Shown one piece after another: positions 19,676 through 30,470 of a stretch of 64,000 bases of DNA. The notes below the pieces were generated by a model, which saw only the letters and a program-made list of their open reading frames with translations, did no database searches and had not been told where the DNA came from. Positions within the stretch are counted from its first letter, which is position 1. Each line of letters opens with the position of its first letter. Source of the DNA: an uncultured delta proteobacterium (GTDB taxonomy: Bacteria; Desulfobacterota; WTBG01; CAIYCZ01; CAIRTM01); assembly GCA_963804955.1 (NCBI GenBank), contig CAWDSQ010000035.1, positions 1 through 64,000 of the forward strand, read 5' to 3'. The translations under genes were made by a program, and so were the position numbers.

Positions 19676-22135
19676 CTACATAAGCAGCATGGGATCGATA
19701 TCCACGATCACCTTCACGCCGCTTCGTTTTATAATCTCCGCATGCTCCTGCATGGCGCCGGCCGCGCAGGTCTTGAGCGCCTGGCTTCCTGCACCCTTCA
19801 GAAGCATCTGGAACCGGTACCGGCCCTTCATCTTCTCCCAGGGCGCTTTGACCGGCCCGAGAACCTCTATTGTAGCGGCATCGGGCCCGGTTTGACACAT
19901 TTTTCTGCAGTAGGCTCCGATCTGCTGCGCCATGGCCTCAACGTCGCGGCCATTGGTGCCCTCGCAGCGGATATTCACCAGTTTCCCAAAAGGCGGATAT
20001 TTCAAATCGCGGCGGAAGACCACCTCCCTGTCATAAAATGCGCGGTAGTCGTGGCGGGCAGCGCAGGTAACACTGTAGTGATCGGGGTTGTAGGTCTGTA
20101 TAATTACCTCACCGGGCAGCTCCCCCCGGCCCGACCGTCCCGCCACCTGCGTAAGCAGCTGAAAGGTTCGCTCGGCTGCGCGGTAATCGGGCATGCTGAG
20201 CGACTGGTCTGCGCAGACCACGCCCACAAGCGTCACACCCGGCAGATGATAGCCTTTGACGATCATCTGCGTGCCGATGAGAATGTCGATCAGGCCATGA
20301 TGCATATCGCTCAAGATCTTATGGGTTGACCCGCGCTGCGAAGTGGTATCGCGGTCCATGCGCGCGATACGCGCTGCCGGGAAAAGCTCGCGCAGCTCGG
20401 CTTCAAGCCGTTCCGTGCCCCAGCCCATGGAATCAAGGAAAAGCCCCTGACAGGCCGGGCATTGCTGCGGCACCGCAATCGTGAAGTCGCAGTAGTGGCA
20501 GGTCAGGCTTTTGCTGCTCAGGTGATGGATCAGCGCCACCGAGCAGTTGGGGCAGCGAAAGGTATGGCCGCACTGGCGGCACAGGTGCACAGGGGCAAAG
20601 CCGCGCCTGTTGAGGAAAAGAAGGCTCTGCCGTCCCTGGTCAAGCCGCTGCGCCAGAGCCTCTTTGAGTGCTTTTGAAATAATGCCCGCTTTTTTCCTCC
20701 GAAGCGCTGTTTCAACCCGCATATCAATAATAGTCACCCGGGGCAGAGTCCGGTCTTCAATCCGGGTTTTCAGCTCGGCAAAATGATATTTGCCCGTGCG
20801 CGCATTGGTGTAGGTTTCAAGGCAGGGAGTGGCCGACCCCAGCAGCACCATGCAGGCTGCATCGCGGGCCTTCACGATGGCCAAATCCCGGGCATTGTAG
20901 CGCAGGCTGTCATCCTGTTTGTAGGAGGAGTCATGCTCCTCATCGACAATGATCGCCCCGAGGTCTTTGAACGAAGCAAAAATTGCCGACCGCGCACCCA
21001 CCACCACCTGCACCTGGCCGCGCCTGATCATGCGCCAGGCATCATAGCGCTCGGCATCGGTGAGGCTGCTGTGCAGCATGGCTATGGGCACCTGCAGCCG
21101 TGAGCTGATGCGGTCGTAGAGCTGGGCGGTCAAGGCTATTTCGGGAACGAGGTACAGGCACTGGCGGCCTTCGCGCAGGACATGGGCCATGACAGTGAGA
21201 TAAATCTCGGTTTTGCCGCTGCCGGTGACGCCGTGCAGCAGCACAGGGTGAAAGACCTTCTGGCCAAGGGGCTGCTGCAGCCCTTCGATAATCCGCTGCT
21301 GCTGCGGTGTCGGCGTATGCACGGGCTCGATAAATATCTGCTCGCTGTCGGGCGGCCGTCTCAGACATTCGCGCTCGACAAAGACGATGAGCCCCTTTTT
21401 TTCAAGTGTGGCAAGCTGGGCTGCGCAGGGGCCCCACAGCAGGCGCAGGGCGCTCATGGACACAGGCCCGTTGTCGGCAATATGCCTGAACACCTCAATC
21501 TGTTTGCCTTTCAGTCCCTCGGCGGCAGACGCTGCCGCTGCCGATGAAAACCATTTTTCCGTTTTTATGCCCACACCCGCCGACTTTTTTCTCTGCACAG
21601 CCGCAATGAGGCCCTGCTCCTGCAAAAGCCGCAGGCTATAGGCAAGCCCCTTCCTGCCGGTTTTTTTTTCAAGACTTTTCAGTGACAGCGATTTTGCCCC
21701 GGCCAGCGCCCCAATGATGGAACGGCCGTATTCCGGCACGGTTCCCTGCTCGAGCGCCTGACAGCCCGCGTCGGTAAGGGCAAAAGCGTCGATATATTCG
21801 ATGTTCAGCCCCGCCGGCAGGCCGGTGCGGATGGTAAGACCCAGAGGATAAAGGTAATAAGCTGCAACCCACTGAAAAAACCGCAGGTCGGTTTCATCAA
21901 AAAGCGGCTCGGCGTCCAGCACATCGGCAATTTCTTTTATCTTTTGAAGCGGCGCCTCTGCCGGAAAGCCTATGCAGTAGCCCGCTATCAGCCGCCTGCC
22001 GAAGGGCACCAGCACCCGCATGCCGATGCGCAGGCCATCGGCAAACTGCGGCGGCACACTATAGGTAAAGGTGGCATTGAGCGGCAGCGGGACTGCCACA
22101 TCGACGAGATGCGAAGATAGTGAAGGTTGCGTCAT
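19676..22135 (-). CDS. priA: Primosomal protein N'
   Basis: [16 protein letters not shown], two CxxC zinc pairs, QVAGRSGR. Confidence 0.96.
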   Translation of the reverse strand: MTQPSLSSHLVDVAVPLPLNATFTYSVPPQFADGLRIGMRVLVPFGRRLIAGYCIGFPAEAPLQKIKEIADVLDAEPLFDETDLRFFQWVAAYYLYPLGLTIRTGLPAGLNIEYIDAFALTDAGCQALEQGTVPEYGRSIIGALAGAKSLSLKSLEKKTGRKGLAYSLRLLQEQGLIAAVQRKKSAGVGIKTEKWFSSAAAASAAEGLKGKQIEVFRHIADNGPVSMSALRLLWGPCAAQLATLEKKGLIVFVERECLRRPPDSEQIFIEPVHTPTPQQQRIIEGLQQPLGQKVFHPVLLHGVTGSGKTEIYLTVMAHVLREGRQCLYLVPEIALTAQLYDRISSRLQVPIAMLHSSLTDAERYDAWRMIRRGQVQVVVGARSAIFASFKDLGAIIVDEEHDSSYKQDDSLRYNARDLAIVKARDAACMVLLGSATPCLETYTNARTGKYHFAELKTRIEDRTLPRVTIIDMRVETALRRKKAGIISKALKEALAQRLDQGRQSLLFLNRRGFAPVHLCRQCGHTFRCPNCSVALIHHLSSKSLTCHYCDFTIAVPQQCPACQGLFLDSMGWGTERLEAELRELFPAARIARMDRDTTSQRGSTHKILSDMHHGLIDILIGTQMIVKGYHLPGVTLVGVVCADQSLSMPDYRAAERTFQLLTQVAGRSGRGELPGEVIIQTYNPDHYSVTCAARHDYRAFYDREVVFRRDLKYPPFGKLVNIRCEGTNGRDVEAMAQQIGAYCRKMCQTGPDAATIEVLGPVKAPWEKMKGRYRFQMLLKGAGSQALKTCAAGAMQEHAEIIKRSGVKVIVDIDPMLLM

Positions 22136-22276
22136 GGCACCTGATAATACTCAAAGACGGCCCCGTCCTACAAGTGTAAAATGGCCGGACAGGGCACGCG
22201 CTGTCTGCTTTCTTGTAAGCCCCGAAAAAGTATGGGGCATCTTGACGTATACGGAAAAATATTAAACAATTAAAGT

Positions 22277-22792
22277 ATGAAAAGCGGATTGTCACTTTTA
22301 CTGTACTTATTTCTGTTGCATCTGGCAGCCTGCAGCAGTGCGGGCGCAGCTGCTCCAGACACTGCCGCACACAAAGGCACCGTTTACGGGTCAGTGCTTG
22401 ACGCGCAGTCAGGCGAGCCGGTTGCGGGGGCAAAAGTCTATCTGCTCAACACCCGGGTGTGCAAGCTCGGTGGCGCCAAAATGACTGTAAGGACAGCTCA
22501 GGGAGAGTCTCTGCTGCCGCATGTTCACAGCGCCGCAGCCCGCGGCAGCACCGACGAGGCTGGCATGTTTCGTATATCCGGCGTGCCCGCGCCGCAGCCC
22601 TTTAAAAGCTATACGGTTTTCATACGGGCTACCGGCTATGGCGATTTTGTGATCCACAATGCAGCGGTCTATCCCGGGGCTTCCCGGGCGCTGCGAATCG
22701 GCTGCCGGCTGGCCAGTGGCGCTGTGCTTGCCACATGGTTTGAAGGGTCTGCACGGGAAGCTCCCGTCAGCTACCGCAGTGAAAAAGAATAA
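22277..22792 (+). CDS. Lipoprotein with carboxypeptidase-regulatory-like (beta-sandwich) domain
   Basis: LAAC lipobox; G.V.DA.SGEPV.GA.V and TDE.G.F motifs. Confidence 0.65.
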   Translation: MKSGLSLLLYLFLLHLAACSSAGAAAPDTAAHKGTVYGSVLDAQSGEPVAGAKVYLLNTRVCKLGGAKMTVRTAQGESLLPHVHSAAARGSTDEAGMFRISGVPAPQPFKSYTVFIRATGYGDFVIHNAAVYPGASRALRIGCRLASGAVLATWFEGSAREAPVSYRSEKE

Positions 22793-22798
22793 CGGCTC

Positions 22799-24142
22799 TT
22801 AGAGCGTTATCTTCCGGCACTCAAGATAGAAGCGTTTTTCATGGGCCTCGCCCATGGAGAAGGTCTTGCGCGGCAGCGCTCCGTCCAGAATCACTGTTTT
22901 GAAAAAATCAAATTTTGAAATGACCGGCAGGGCAAAGCCGATATTGCCCTGCTGCGAGCCCAGTTCCGCAACAATGTCCGCTCCGTGGATATAATCGATC
23001 TTTGCCTCGGGCCGCTCCTTCATATACGCATCCAGAAAAGCCTGAAGCGTGGCTACTTCAAGGTTCAGCGCGGGCTTGTCAATGCAGAGCAGGCCCAGGG
23101 ATTTTCCCGCCACAAAAGGAATCATGTGCCTGCCCGGCCGGGCAAGCTGCGCGGCTTTTTTTCTCATATCCGCTCTTTCAGCGACGTCATGCCAGGAAAA
23201 CGAAGAACCCTGGCCGCTGTAAAAGCTCTCCATCCGGGCAAGCATATCCTGCAGATCAACATTGAACATCACGCGGTAGATGGGCTCAAATTCAAGGCCT
23301 TCGTCATGGATATTCACCAGCTCCACCAGCGCATACCGCGCCGGGTGGTTCATAATGGCTGCTGTATCAGGCATGGCTTTTTTGAGATTTTCCCAGATGA
23401 CCTTGGCCGTGGCAAATGAGTGATTGCCGTCGCCCAGGGCATAAAGCAGAACTGGCTTATCTGCAACGCCATAGCGCGCGCCAAAGGCCTCAGGCGCGGC
23501 GAGGCGTTCAAGGGCCTGCGATACCTGCCGGATATCGGCATCACCGGAAACCAGATATCCGCTGACATGGCCGCTGTCCATCATGAGATCGGTATCATAG
23601 GTTTTCGGCAATTCTTTTTGAAACAGGGGCTCGATGACCGTGCGGTCAGGATCGTCGATAAGCACCATGATATGAGGCAGCTCGATCGGGGCATGCTCGC
23701 GCACTTTGATGCGCGGCGGCAGACGCTCGATAATGGTGCCTTCGGTGGCGCGGATAAGCGTGGCTGCCTCCCGCGTATAGTCGTAGTGCTCAAGGTCAAG
23801 GGCGGCAATCAACCCTTTGCGAACCTTGCCCTGGGCTGTTGTCCGCTCGACAAGCATGAACCCCGGCTGCTGCGCGGCAAGAACGCCCTCTGCAAGACAG
23901 GCTTCCATCTCTTTGTTAATTGCGGTGATCATATCGTCCACATCCGGAGATTCAAGATACACCTCAGGAAGGGTCAGCTTCAGGGTGGACGGGCTGTCGC
24001 CCGCAAACTGACGCACCCGGTCCCAGTAGTCGGGCTGCGATGTGTACTGATCACAGGCTACAACAGCCCATTTCTGAAGATCTGTGCCTTCTTTGGGCAG
24101 CAGGATGGTTGGCACATGCACAGCGATTTTTTCAAAATTCAT
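22799..24142 (-). CDS. DUF1015 family protein
   Basis: WAVVACDQYTS, RATEGTI.ERLPPR, GDGNHS.ATAK, LPRKTFSMG. Confidence 0.88.
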   Translation of the reverse strand: MNFEKIAVHVPTILLPKEGTDLQKWAVVACDQYTSQPDYWDRVRQFAGDSPSTLKLTLPEVYLESPDVDDMITAINKEMEACLAEGVLAAQQPGFMLVERTTAQGKVRKGLIAALDLEHYDYTREAATLIRATEGTIIERLPPRIKVREHAPIELPHIMVLIDDPDRTVIEPLFQKELPKTYDTDLMMDSGHVSGYLVSGDADIRQVSQALERLAAPEAFGARYGVADKPVLLYALGDGNHSFATAKVIWENLKKAMPDTAAIMNHPARYALVELVNIHDEGLEFEPIYRVMFNVDLQDMLARMESFYSGQGSSFSWHDVAERADMRKKAAQLARPGRHMIPFVAGKSLGLLCIDKPALNLEVATLQAFLDAYMKERPEAKIDYIHGADIVAELGSQQGNIGFALPVISKFDFFKTVILDGALPRKTFSMGEAHEKRFYLECRKITL

Positions 24143-24266
24143 ACCTTCAGTCTCCGTTGTATAATAATCAAACAGGAATTATCTTCATAGAGCTTGAATA
24201 TAGTGGCGGGGGGATGGTGTGTCAATACAAATGCAGACGCACGGGATAGCGCGCCCAGGAAATCGT

Positions 24267-24297
24267 AAGAGGCGGCCCTGATGAGCCGCCTCTTTTC
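24267..24297. terminator. Intrinsic terminator
   Basis: AAGAGGCGGC-loop-GCCGCCTCTTTT. Confidence 0.6.
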
Positions 24298-24341
24298 ATG
24301 AAATATTCTTACAGCGCATCTGTCACTCAATCGGCATCGCG

Positions 24342-24719
24342 CTATTTCTTTTTAGGCTTTTTTGATGAGCAGGCCTGCAGTTCAGCCTGCGTTTTGGCCA
24401 ATTCAGCCTTCAGCGTATCCAATTCCGTACTCAGTGAAGCGGCCTGTACCTTGGCTGCGCTCAACTCGGTTCCGGCGATGGCAAGATTACCGCTTGCAGC
24501 CACAGCGTCTTTCTGCGCCTTCATGATATCCGCATCTTTTTTAGACAGCGTTATTGTTAATTCCTGAATTTTCTTATTAAGTGTTACTTTTTCCGCTTCG
24601 CATGCTTTTATAGCTGTGTTTTTATTTTCAACCTCTTTTTTGAGCTCATCAATGCCGCAGCCGGAAAATACAAAACTTAACCCGCATACAAGAAAAAATA
24701 ATTTTAAAGGGTTCTTCAT
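24342..24719 (-). CDS. Coiled-coil lipoprotein
   Basis: FSGC lipobox followed by heptad repeats. Confidence 0.75.
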   Translation of the reverse strand: MKNPLKLFFLVCGLSFVFSGCGIDELKKEVENKNTAIKACEAEKVTLNKKIQELTITLSKKDADIMKAQKDAVAASGNLAIAGTELSAAKVQAASLSTELDTLKAELAKTQAELQACSSKKPKKK

Positions 24720-24924
24720 AGGGCGTGCTCCTTTATAAAAGGTTTATAGTAAGGCATAAATACAGCACATTTTTCTACATAACCACAAACCGTTTACGCT
24801 GTCAATGCATCTCTGTGTTTCATCCTCAATCGCAATTAGCGCACAAACCACAAACTTATACGGCAGCTCTCGTGATGCGCCCCGCCTGCAAGCCGCACAG
24901 AAGCCCGCATGGAACCGCTGATAA

Positions 24925-25960
24925 TCAATAAATAGTTTTTATTTTTACCCCGGGTACAAGTGGTGAGCCTTCTGGCAGGCCGTTCAGCTGGGACAGTTTT
25001 TTTGCCTGGGTCGAGGTTCCCATTGTCTTGCGCGAGATCGTTTCAAAGGTATCGCCGGAAGCCACCGTGTATATTTTAATATGACGGAGCGACCTCTCGG
25101 GGACCGTAGGCAAGGCCGTCGATCATGCTTAAATACCTGTCGCCGAACACTTCGCCGTGGACAGCGGTTTTTTCCGGACGGTTCTGCAGCTGTCCCATGG
25201 CGCTGTCCATGGCATGCGTGACTTTTGCCTTCGCCTGCACCCGGGAGATGCGATCGAAAATATACGGGTGGGTGGTCAGGTACTGCTGCGCGCCCGTGTA
25301 TCCCTGGCTGGAGAAGGACAGGGTGCGAAGAAAAGCCGCCATCTGCATGGGGTCATAGCCTGCCTTCATCACATAATCGACCGACTGCTCATCTGCCAGA
25401 TACTCCTTCTGGCGGCTGTAGCCGAGCATGACCGAATTGAACAGCTGATTGGTTGCTGCCGCAAGCTCCGGAGATCCGCCGCCGGCTGCAGCCCCCGCAG
25501 CGCCGGCAAGCATGGCTATCTGGGCGATCATGCTCTGGCTCATGAGCGTGGCGCTGTCGCGCCCCACAACATGGCCGATTTCATGGCCGAGCACCCCGGC
25601 AAGCTCGGCTTCATTGTTCATGAGCGCCAACAGCCCGCGCGTTATATAAATATAGCCTCCGGGAACGGCAAAAGCATTTTCCATCTCCGTATCAAGCACG
25701 GTGAAGTGGTAGGCAAGATCATTGCGCCGGCAGATGCGCGCAAGCTTCTGCCCCACGCCATCTACATAATTCTGCAAAGCCGGGTTGCGGTAATAGCCGA
25801 AACGCTTGATGATCTGGGGATCGGCGCCGCGGCCGATATTTACCTCTTTTGTCTCACTCACCACATTGAATTCGCTTTCAAACGTTGTGGGATTGATCGA
25901 GCAGGCCGCTGTGCACAGCAGCAAGGTGAAAGTTAGCAGGGCAGTACCATTTTTTATCAT
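24925..25960 (-). CDS. M48 family metalloprotease lipoprotein with C-terminal LysM (frameshift near 25095)
   Basis: NAFAVPGG, HEIGH, YSR..E..AD, THP; LysM YTVASGDT...LNGL in the next frame. Confidence 0.85.
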
Positions 25961-26157
25961 TTTGCAGAACTCCTTACCCTTCTCTTTTTTTACCGGAAAT
26001 CAATTTTAAAATCCGGGATGCCCTGCCTTGCAGGCGGGCATCACTATTACTAGTATATAGATTGCACAGCCACAAGCTGTTTTTTTAAATTGCAATTATA
26101 TGCCTGTTCATATTATTTTAACATATTATTAATATAATCGTTACATGAGAATGACCC

Positions 26158-27195
26158 ATGCTGATTCGCGAGCGGCTTGAAGAGATTGAACGAACCACGC
26201 TTTCGCCCCGGGCAAAGCTCAGCTGTCAGAGCAGGGGCAGACCGCAGCGGGAGAAAGAATGCGACCTGCGGCCGGCATTCCAGCACGACCGGGACCGCAT
26301 TATCCACTCCAAGGCATTCCGCCGCCTGAAGCACAAAACGCAGGTATTCCTGTCCCCCTCCGGCGACCACTATCGCACGCGCCTCACCCATACGCTGGAG
26401 GTTGCGCAGATCGGCCGCACCATCGCAAAGTCGCTGTTCCTCAACGAAGACCTGACCGAAGCCATAGCCCTGGCGCATGACCTGGGGCATACGCCGTTCG
26501 GCCATGCCGGCGAGGACGTGCTCAACAGAATCGTGCCGGGCGGATTCCGGCATCCCGAGCAAAGCCTGCGGGTGGTTGATGTTCTGGAAAAGCTCAACCT
26601 CACCCATGAAGTGCGCGACGGCATTCTCAAGCATTCAAAACGCGGCGGCCCGATTCTGCCCGACAACCTGTCGCTCATGCCGGAAACGCTTGAGGGGCAG
26701 ATCGTGCGTATTGCCGATTCCATTGCCTATCTCAATCACGATCTTGATGATGCGCTGCGGGCCCGCGTCATAGCTGCAAAAGAGCTGCAGGGCGCCGGCG
26801 CCGAATTCATGCTGCTGCTTGGCTCGACCCATGCCAGGCGCATCGGCAAAATGGTGCATGACGTCATACTGGCCACCATGTCCTGCAATCTTGAAAAAAT
26901 TTCGGCAAGCCCCGAAATTCTTGATGCCGCACGGAAATTACGGCGCTTTCTTGATGAACGTGTCTACAGTGTAAACGCCATCTATGATGATTTCAGAAAA
27001 GCATCAAAAATTCTCACCGAGCTCTACACCTATTACCTTGAGAAGCCTGAGTATTTCTACAAGGAAGCGGGCAGAAACTACAACTCCGGAAGCCTTGCAA
27101 CCGATGTCTGCGATTTTATCTCCGGCATGACCGACCGCTATGCGTTCAGCGCCTATGAAAAAATCTTTCTGCCGCAACCCTGGATTCTCTATTAA
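26158..27195 (+). CDS. dgt: Deoxyguanosinetriphosphate triphosphohydrolase
   Basis: FRRLKHKTQVF, RTRLTHTLEV, HDLGHTPFGHAGE, DFISGMTD. Confidence 0.95.
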   Translation: MLIRERLEEIERTTLSPRAKLSCQSRGRPQREKECDLRPAFQHDRDRIIHSKAFRRLKHKTQVFLSPSGDHYRTRLTHTLEVAQIGRTIAKSLFLNEDLTEAIALAHDLGHTPFGHAGEDVLNRIVPGGFRHPEQSLRVVDVLEKLNLTHEVRDGILKHSKRGGPILPDNLSLMPETLEGQIVRIADSIAYLNHDLDDALRARVIAAKELQGAGAEFMLLLGSTHARRIGKMVHDVILATMSCNLEKISASPEILDAARKLRRFLDERVYSVNAIYDDFRKASKILTELYTYYLEKPEYFYKEAGRNYNSGSLATDVCDFISGMTDRYAFSAYEKIFLPQPWILY

Positions 27196-27278
27196 TTCCC
27201 GCAGGGGATGTTAACCATTTAATTGAAACGCCGCACCGCCGTATGAAAAAATAAAGGCAGCAGGCTGTGTTGTGGCTT

Positions 27279-27464
27279 CAATCCACACCCTCTGTTGAAT
27301 TGCTGTGGAAAACCATGTTGAAAAATACTTTCGGGCAGGAAAAACGGGGCTAATATCAACTTTGCTCAAAAATTGAGCAGAATATTAAACAAGCTATTTC
27401 AGCTAGTTAAAAACAAAGAGCCCTGCATATCACTCCAACAGCCCTGCGAAAAAAGTTTTCAACA
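27279..27464. promoter_or_regulatory. DnaA-box cluster around a central palindrome
   Basis: TGTGGAAAA 27304, TGTTGAAAA 27316, TTTTCAACA 27456, CAATCCACA 27279; TGCTCAA-AAA-TTGAGCA 27363. Confidence 0.5.
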
Positions 27465-27717
27465 GGATTTTTTTATAGACCTGAAAACGGCACGCTCAAT
27501 GCATTGTTTTTCCGAAATTCAAACGCCCCTATTTTGATTGCCGCGAAATCCGTGTTGTGCAGGCAAGAAGTAGCACTTTCTTGCAATATGAAGCGGTTTG
27601 AAGTATGTTTTTTATATTAATGCTTGTGACGGAGTTGGTCGCAGCAGCGCTGGAGCCGTTTGCATGGCTTAAGCACCTTTAAACAGCAGACCAGGTAATA
27701 GAATCTAGGCTTATACT

Positions 27718-28649
27718 ATGGAAAAATCTGACAAAATTTTTATTGCCGGACATCTGGGCCTGGTAGGCTCAGCCATAAAAAGACGGCTTGAAGCAGAAGG
27801 GTATACTAATTTCATACTGCGAACCCTTCACGAGCTCGACCTTACCAACCAGCAGGCGGTGCGTGATTTTTTTGCGGCAGAGCAGCCTCAGTACGTGTTC
27901 CTCGCCGCGGCAAAAGTTGGCGGCATCAGGGCGAACAATGTTTATTCCGCCCAGTTCATCTACGAAAATCTGATGATTGAGTGCAATATCATCCACAGCT
28001 CCTGGGAGCAGAATGTCAAAAAGCTTTTGTTTCTGGGCTCCTCCTGCATCTATCCGAAACTGGCCCCCCAGCCCATCAAGGAAGACTGTCTGCTCACAGG
28101 CCTTCTTGAAGCCGACCAATGAGGCCTATGCCATAGCAAAAATCGCCGGCATCAAGCTCTGCCAGATGTATCGCAAGCAGTACGGCTGCAACTTCATATC
28201 AGTCATGCCCACAAACCTCTATGGCCCGGGCGACAACTACCACCCCGAAGACTCCCATGTCATCCCCGCGCTCATACGCCGGTTTCATGAGGCCAAAATG
28301 CAGGGGCTTGCCGAAGTGGTCTGCTGGGGCACGGGCAGCCCGCGGCGCGAATTTCTCTATGTCGATGACCTTGCCGATGCCTGTTATAGCTCTCATGCAT
28401 ACCTATAATGAAGCCGAGCATGTCAATATAGGCACGGGAGCAGACCAGACCATTAAAGAAATCGCGGAACTGATTGCCGAAACCACAGGTTTTAAAGGCA
28501 GCATCAGCTGGGACAGCTCAAAGCCCGATGGCACGCCCCAAAAGCTGCTGGATATGTCAAAGCTGCACAGCCTTGGCTGGCGCCACAAAACAGAGCTGAA
28601 AGAAGGGCTGAAAATCGCCTATGAAGATTTCCTGAAGCGCTATCAATAA
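27718..28649 (+). CDS. fcl: GDP-L-fucose synthase (two frameshifts)
   Basis: [40 protein letters not shown] across three frames. Confidence 0.92.
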
Positions 28650-28833
28650 AGCCGCTTTCCATGTTCCATAGAAAAAAGGCCTTCCCCATCGGGAAGGCTT
28701 TTCTTATCTTTTATATAATGTAGCTGTGGCCACCCTGCATATAAGAAAAGCCCCGCTCTCCCAGATAATAGGTGAACGGGGCCGGTACTGTTCTTTAATA
28801 AAAGATTAAAGCATCAGCAGGCGCTGCCAACCA

Positions 28834-30192
28834 TCATTTCGCCCATGTGATTGAGCCCTCGCAGTCGCCAACAAGCACGCGATACTCTTGTGGATCAAGC
28901 GGCTCTCCATTAAACTTCGCCCGCATGAACAGGAAGCGCTTGAAAAATACTCGTGCGCGCACTACCTCTATTGCATCAGACTCCCATTTTATCACCGGGT
29001 TCTCGTCAAATTCCGTTCCCCTCTTGCCAATGACGAGCAGGGATCTGTTTTTTTCTTTGTCGCCAACCAACCAGCCAAGAGTTTTGGGGATGATTTTTAC
29101 CTCGCAGGTCGGTAAAAAGTCGGTATAAAATGGATCAGTGTCATCAACGTCAAAGCCGCTGCTGTTATCTGCATAGCCTTCAGGCGGCGTCAGAGAGCAA
29201 AATTCCGTCGCATTGTCGGCAATGCCGTACCCGTCGCCGTCGGCATCGGAGTAATAGGTGACTGTGGCGTGAATTGCAGAATCATTGTCGTTGCAGTCCG
29301 GCCCCGCAGCGCAGTAATGTCCATACGTGTCATTGTCATTATCAATGCAGTTAGAAACAAACGCCAAGGAGTCGACCTCGGCCCCACCCGGGAACGCGCC
29401 CACAAGAGTGGTGCTGCCGGTGGCGGTATCTGCCGTGCGCAACTCACCCTGAAAGGCAGTATTATTGAATGCGGCAAGATAAAGCACCCCTGTATTCCAA
29501 TCGAAGGACATGCCCTGGGCATAATTAGCATCGAAACCGAGAGCGCCTACAATCGTACCAGCGCCGGTTGAAGGATCTATGCTGATAAGGTTGTCATTGA
29601 GGATATCCACGCCGTACATCTCATTTGATTCGTTGATGGCAATGTCGATGATGCCCGGGGCATTGGTTATCTCACCAATCACGGTCGCGGTCCCGGTCGC
29701 GGGGTCTATGGTATAGAGGGTGGACCTGCTTATACTAGTAGATGAAGCATACAGGGGGCCGTCAACAGTCGAGGTCATGCCCGACCATATTTCGGCCCCG
29801 AAGGGTGTACAGGCGCCCACAAGGGTGTCAGCCGCGGTTTTTGTGTCTATGGTGTAGAGATTGTTCTCAGAATAGCTGATGGCATATAGTGTTGAATTGT
29901 CCCCATTTAGAAAATCCCCGGCGAAAAATTGTCTGTTCGTGACAGGACCAATAACCGTCCAGACAGTAGGATCGTCGGTGTTGAACCTAACGAGATTGCT
30001 GCCAGGAGAGGCTTCCAGGGCATAAGCGTTGGAGCCGGCCATTGGCTGATTTATTGATACGGGAGCTTCGAATACAGGTGAAACTATTTTTGATGCACGC
30101 CCGCTAGAGGGGGCGGCGGCCTGACTCGTTCCAGCGGCCAGCGCAAAACAGAAACAAACTGCAACAACCATAACCTGCAATACTTTTTTCAT
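28834..30192 (-). CDS. Secreted beta-propeller-like protein with MopE-like metal-binding repeats and a conserved C-terminal domain
   Basis: Signal peptide; repeated LYTID..TG.AT.VG blades; D.DND.YG...G.DC.D and YY.DADGDGYG motifs. Confidence 0.75.
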   Translation of the reverse strand: MKKVLQVMVVAVCFCFALAAGTSQAAAPSSGRASKIVSPVFEAPVSINQPMAGSNAYALEASPGSNLVRFNTDDPTVWTVIGPVTNRQFFAGDFLNGDNSTLYAISYSENNLYTIDTKTAADTLVGACTPFGAEIWSGMTSTVDGPLYASSTSISRSTLYTIDPATGTATVIGEITNAPGIIDIAINESNEMYGVDILNDNLISIDPSTGAGTIVGALGFDANYAQGMSFDWNTGVLYLAAFNNTAFQGELRTADTATGSTTLVGAFPGGAEVDSLAFVSNCIDNDNDTYGHYCAAGPDCNDNDSAIHATVTYYSDADGDGYGIADNATEFCSLTPPEGYADNSSGFDVDDTDPFYTDFLPTCEVKIIPKTLGWLVGDKEKNRSLLVIGKRGTEFDENPVIKWESDAIEVVRARVFFKRFLFMRAKFNGEPLDPQEYRVLVGDCEGSITWAK

Positions 30193-30470
30193 CCTACCCT
30201 CCTTTTATACATGCGGTTTGTGTAAATAACCTGAAATCGATATATTTAAATAATATAGCATGGTTTGTACAAATATATATCTAAAAAAAACCCCTCCTCT
30301 GACGGACAGTCGCAAGCGCCCGTGCGCACAAGGCTTTTTTCTGTCTGAAGCAACACAGAGCAGCTGCCACTGAGAATAAAAAAGCCCCGTTCATCCGGGT
30401 GAATCAACAGGTGAACGGGGCATATTCTGTTAAGAGAGCAGATTAAGGCATCAGCAGGCGCTGCCTGCTC

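Noticed and set aside
26116..26143. dif site
   Set aside because: Only a XerD-arm-like TTTAACATA in an AT-rich promoter; no credible XerC arm.
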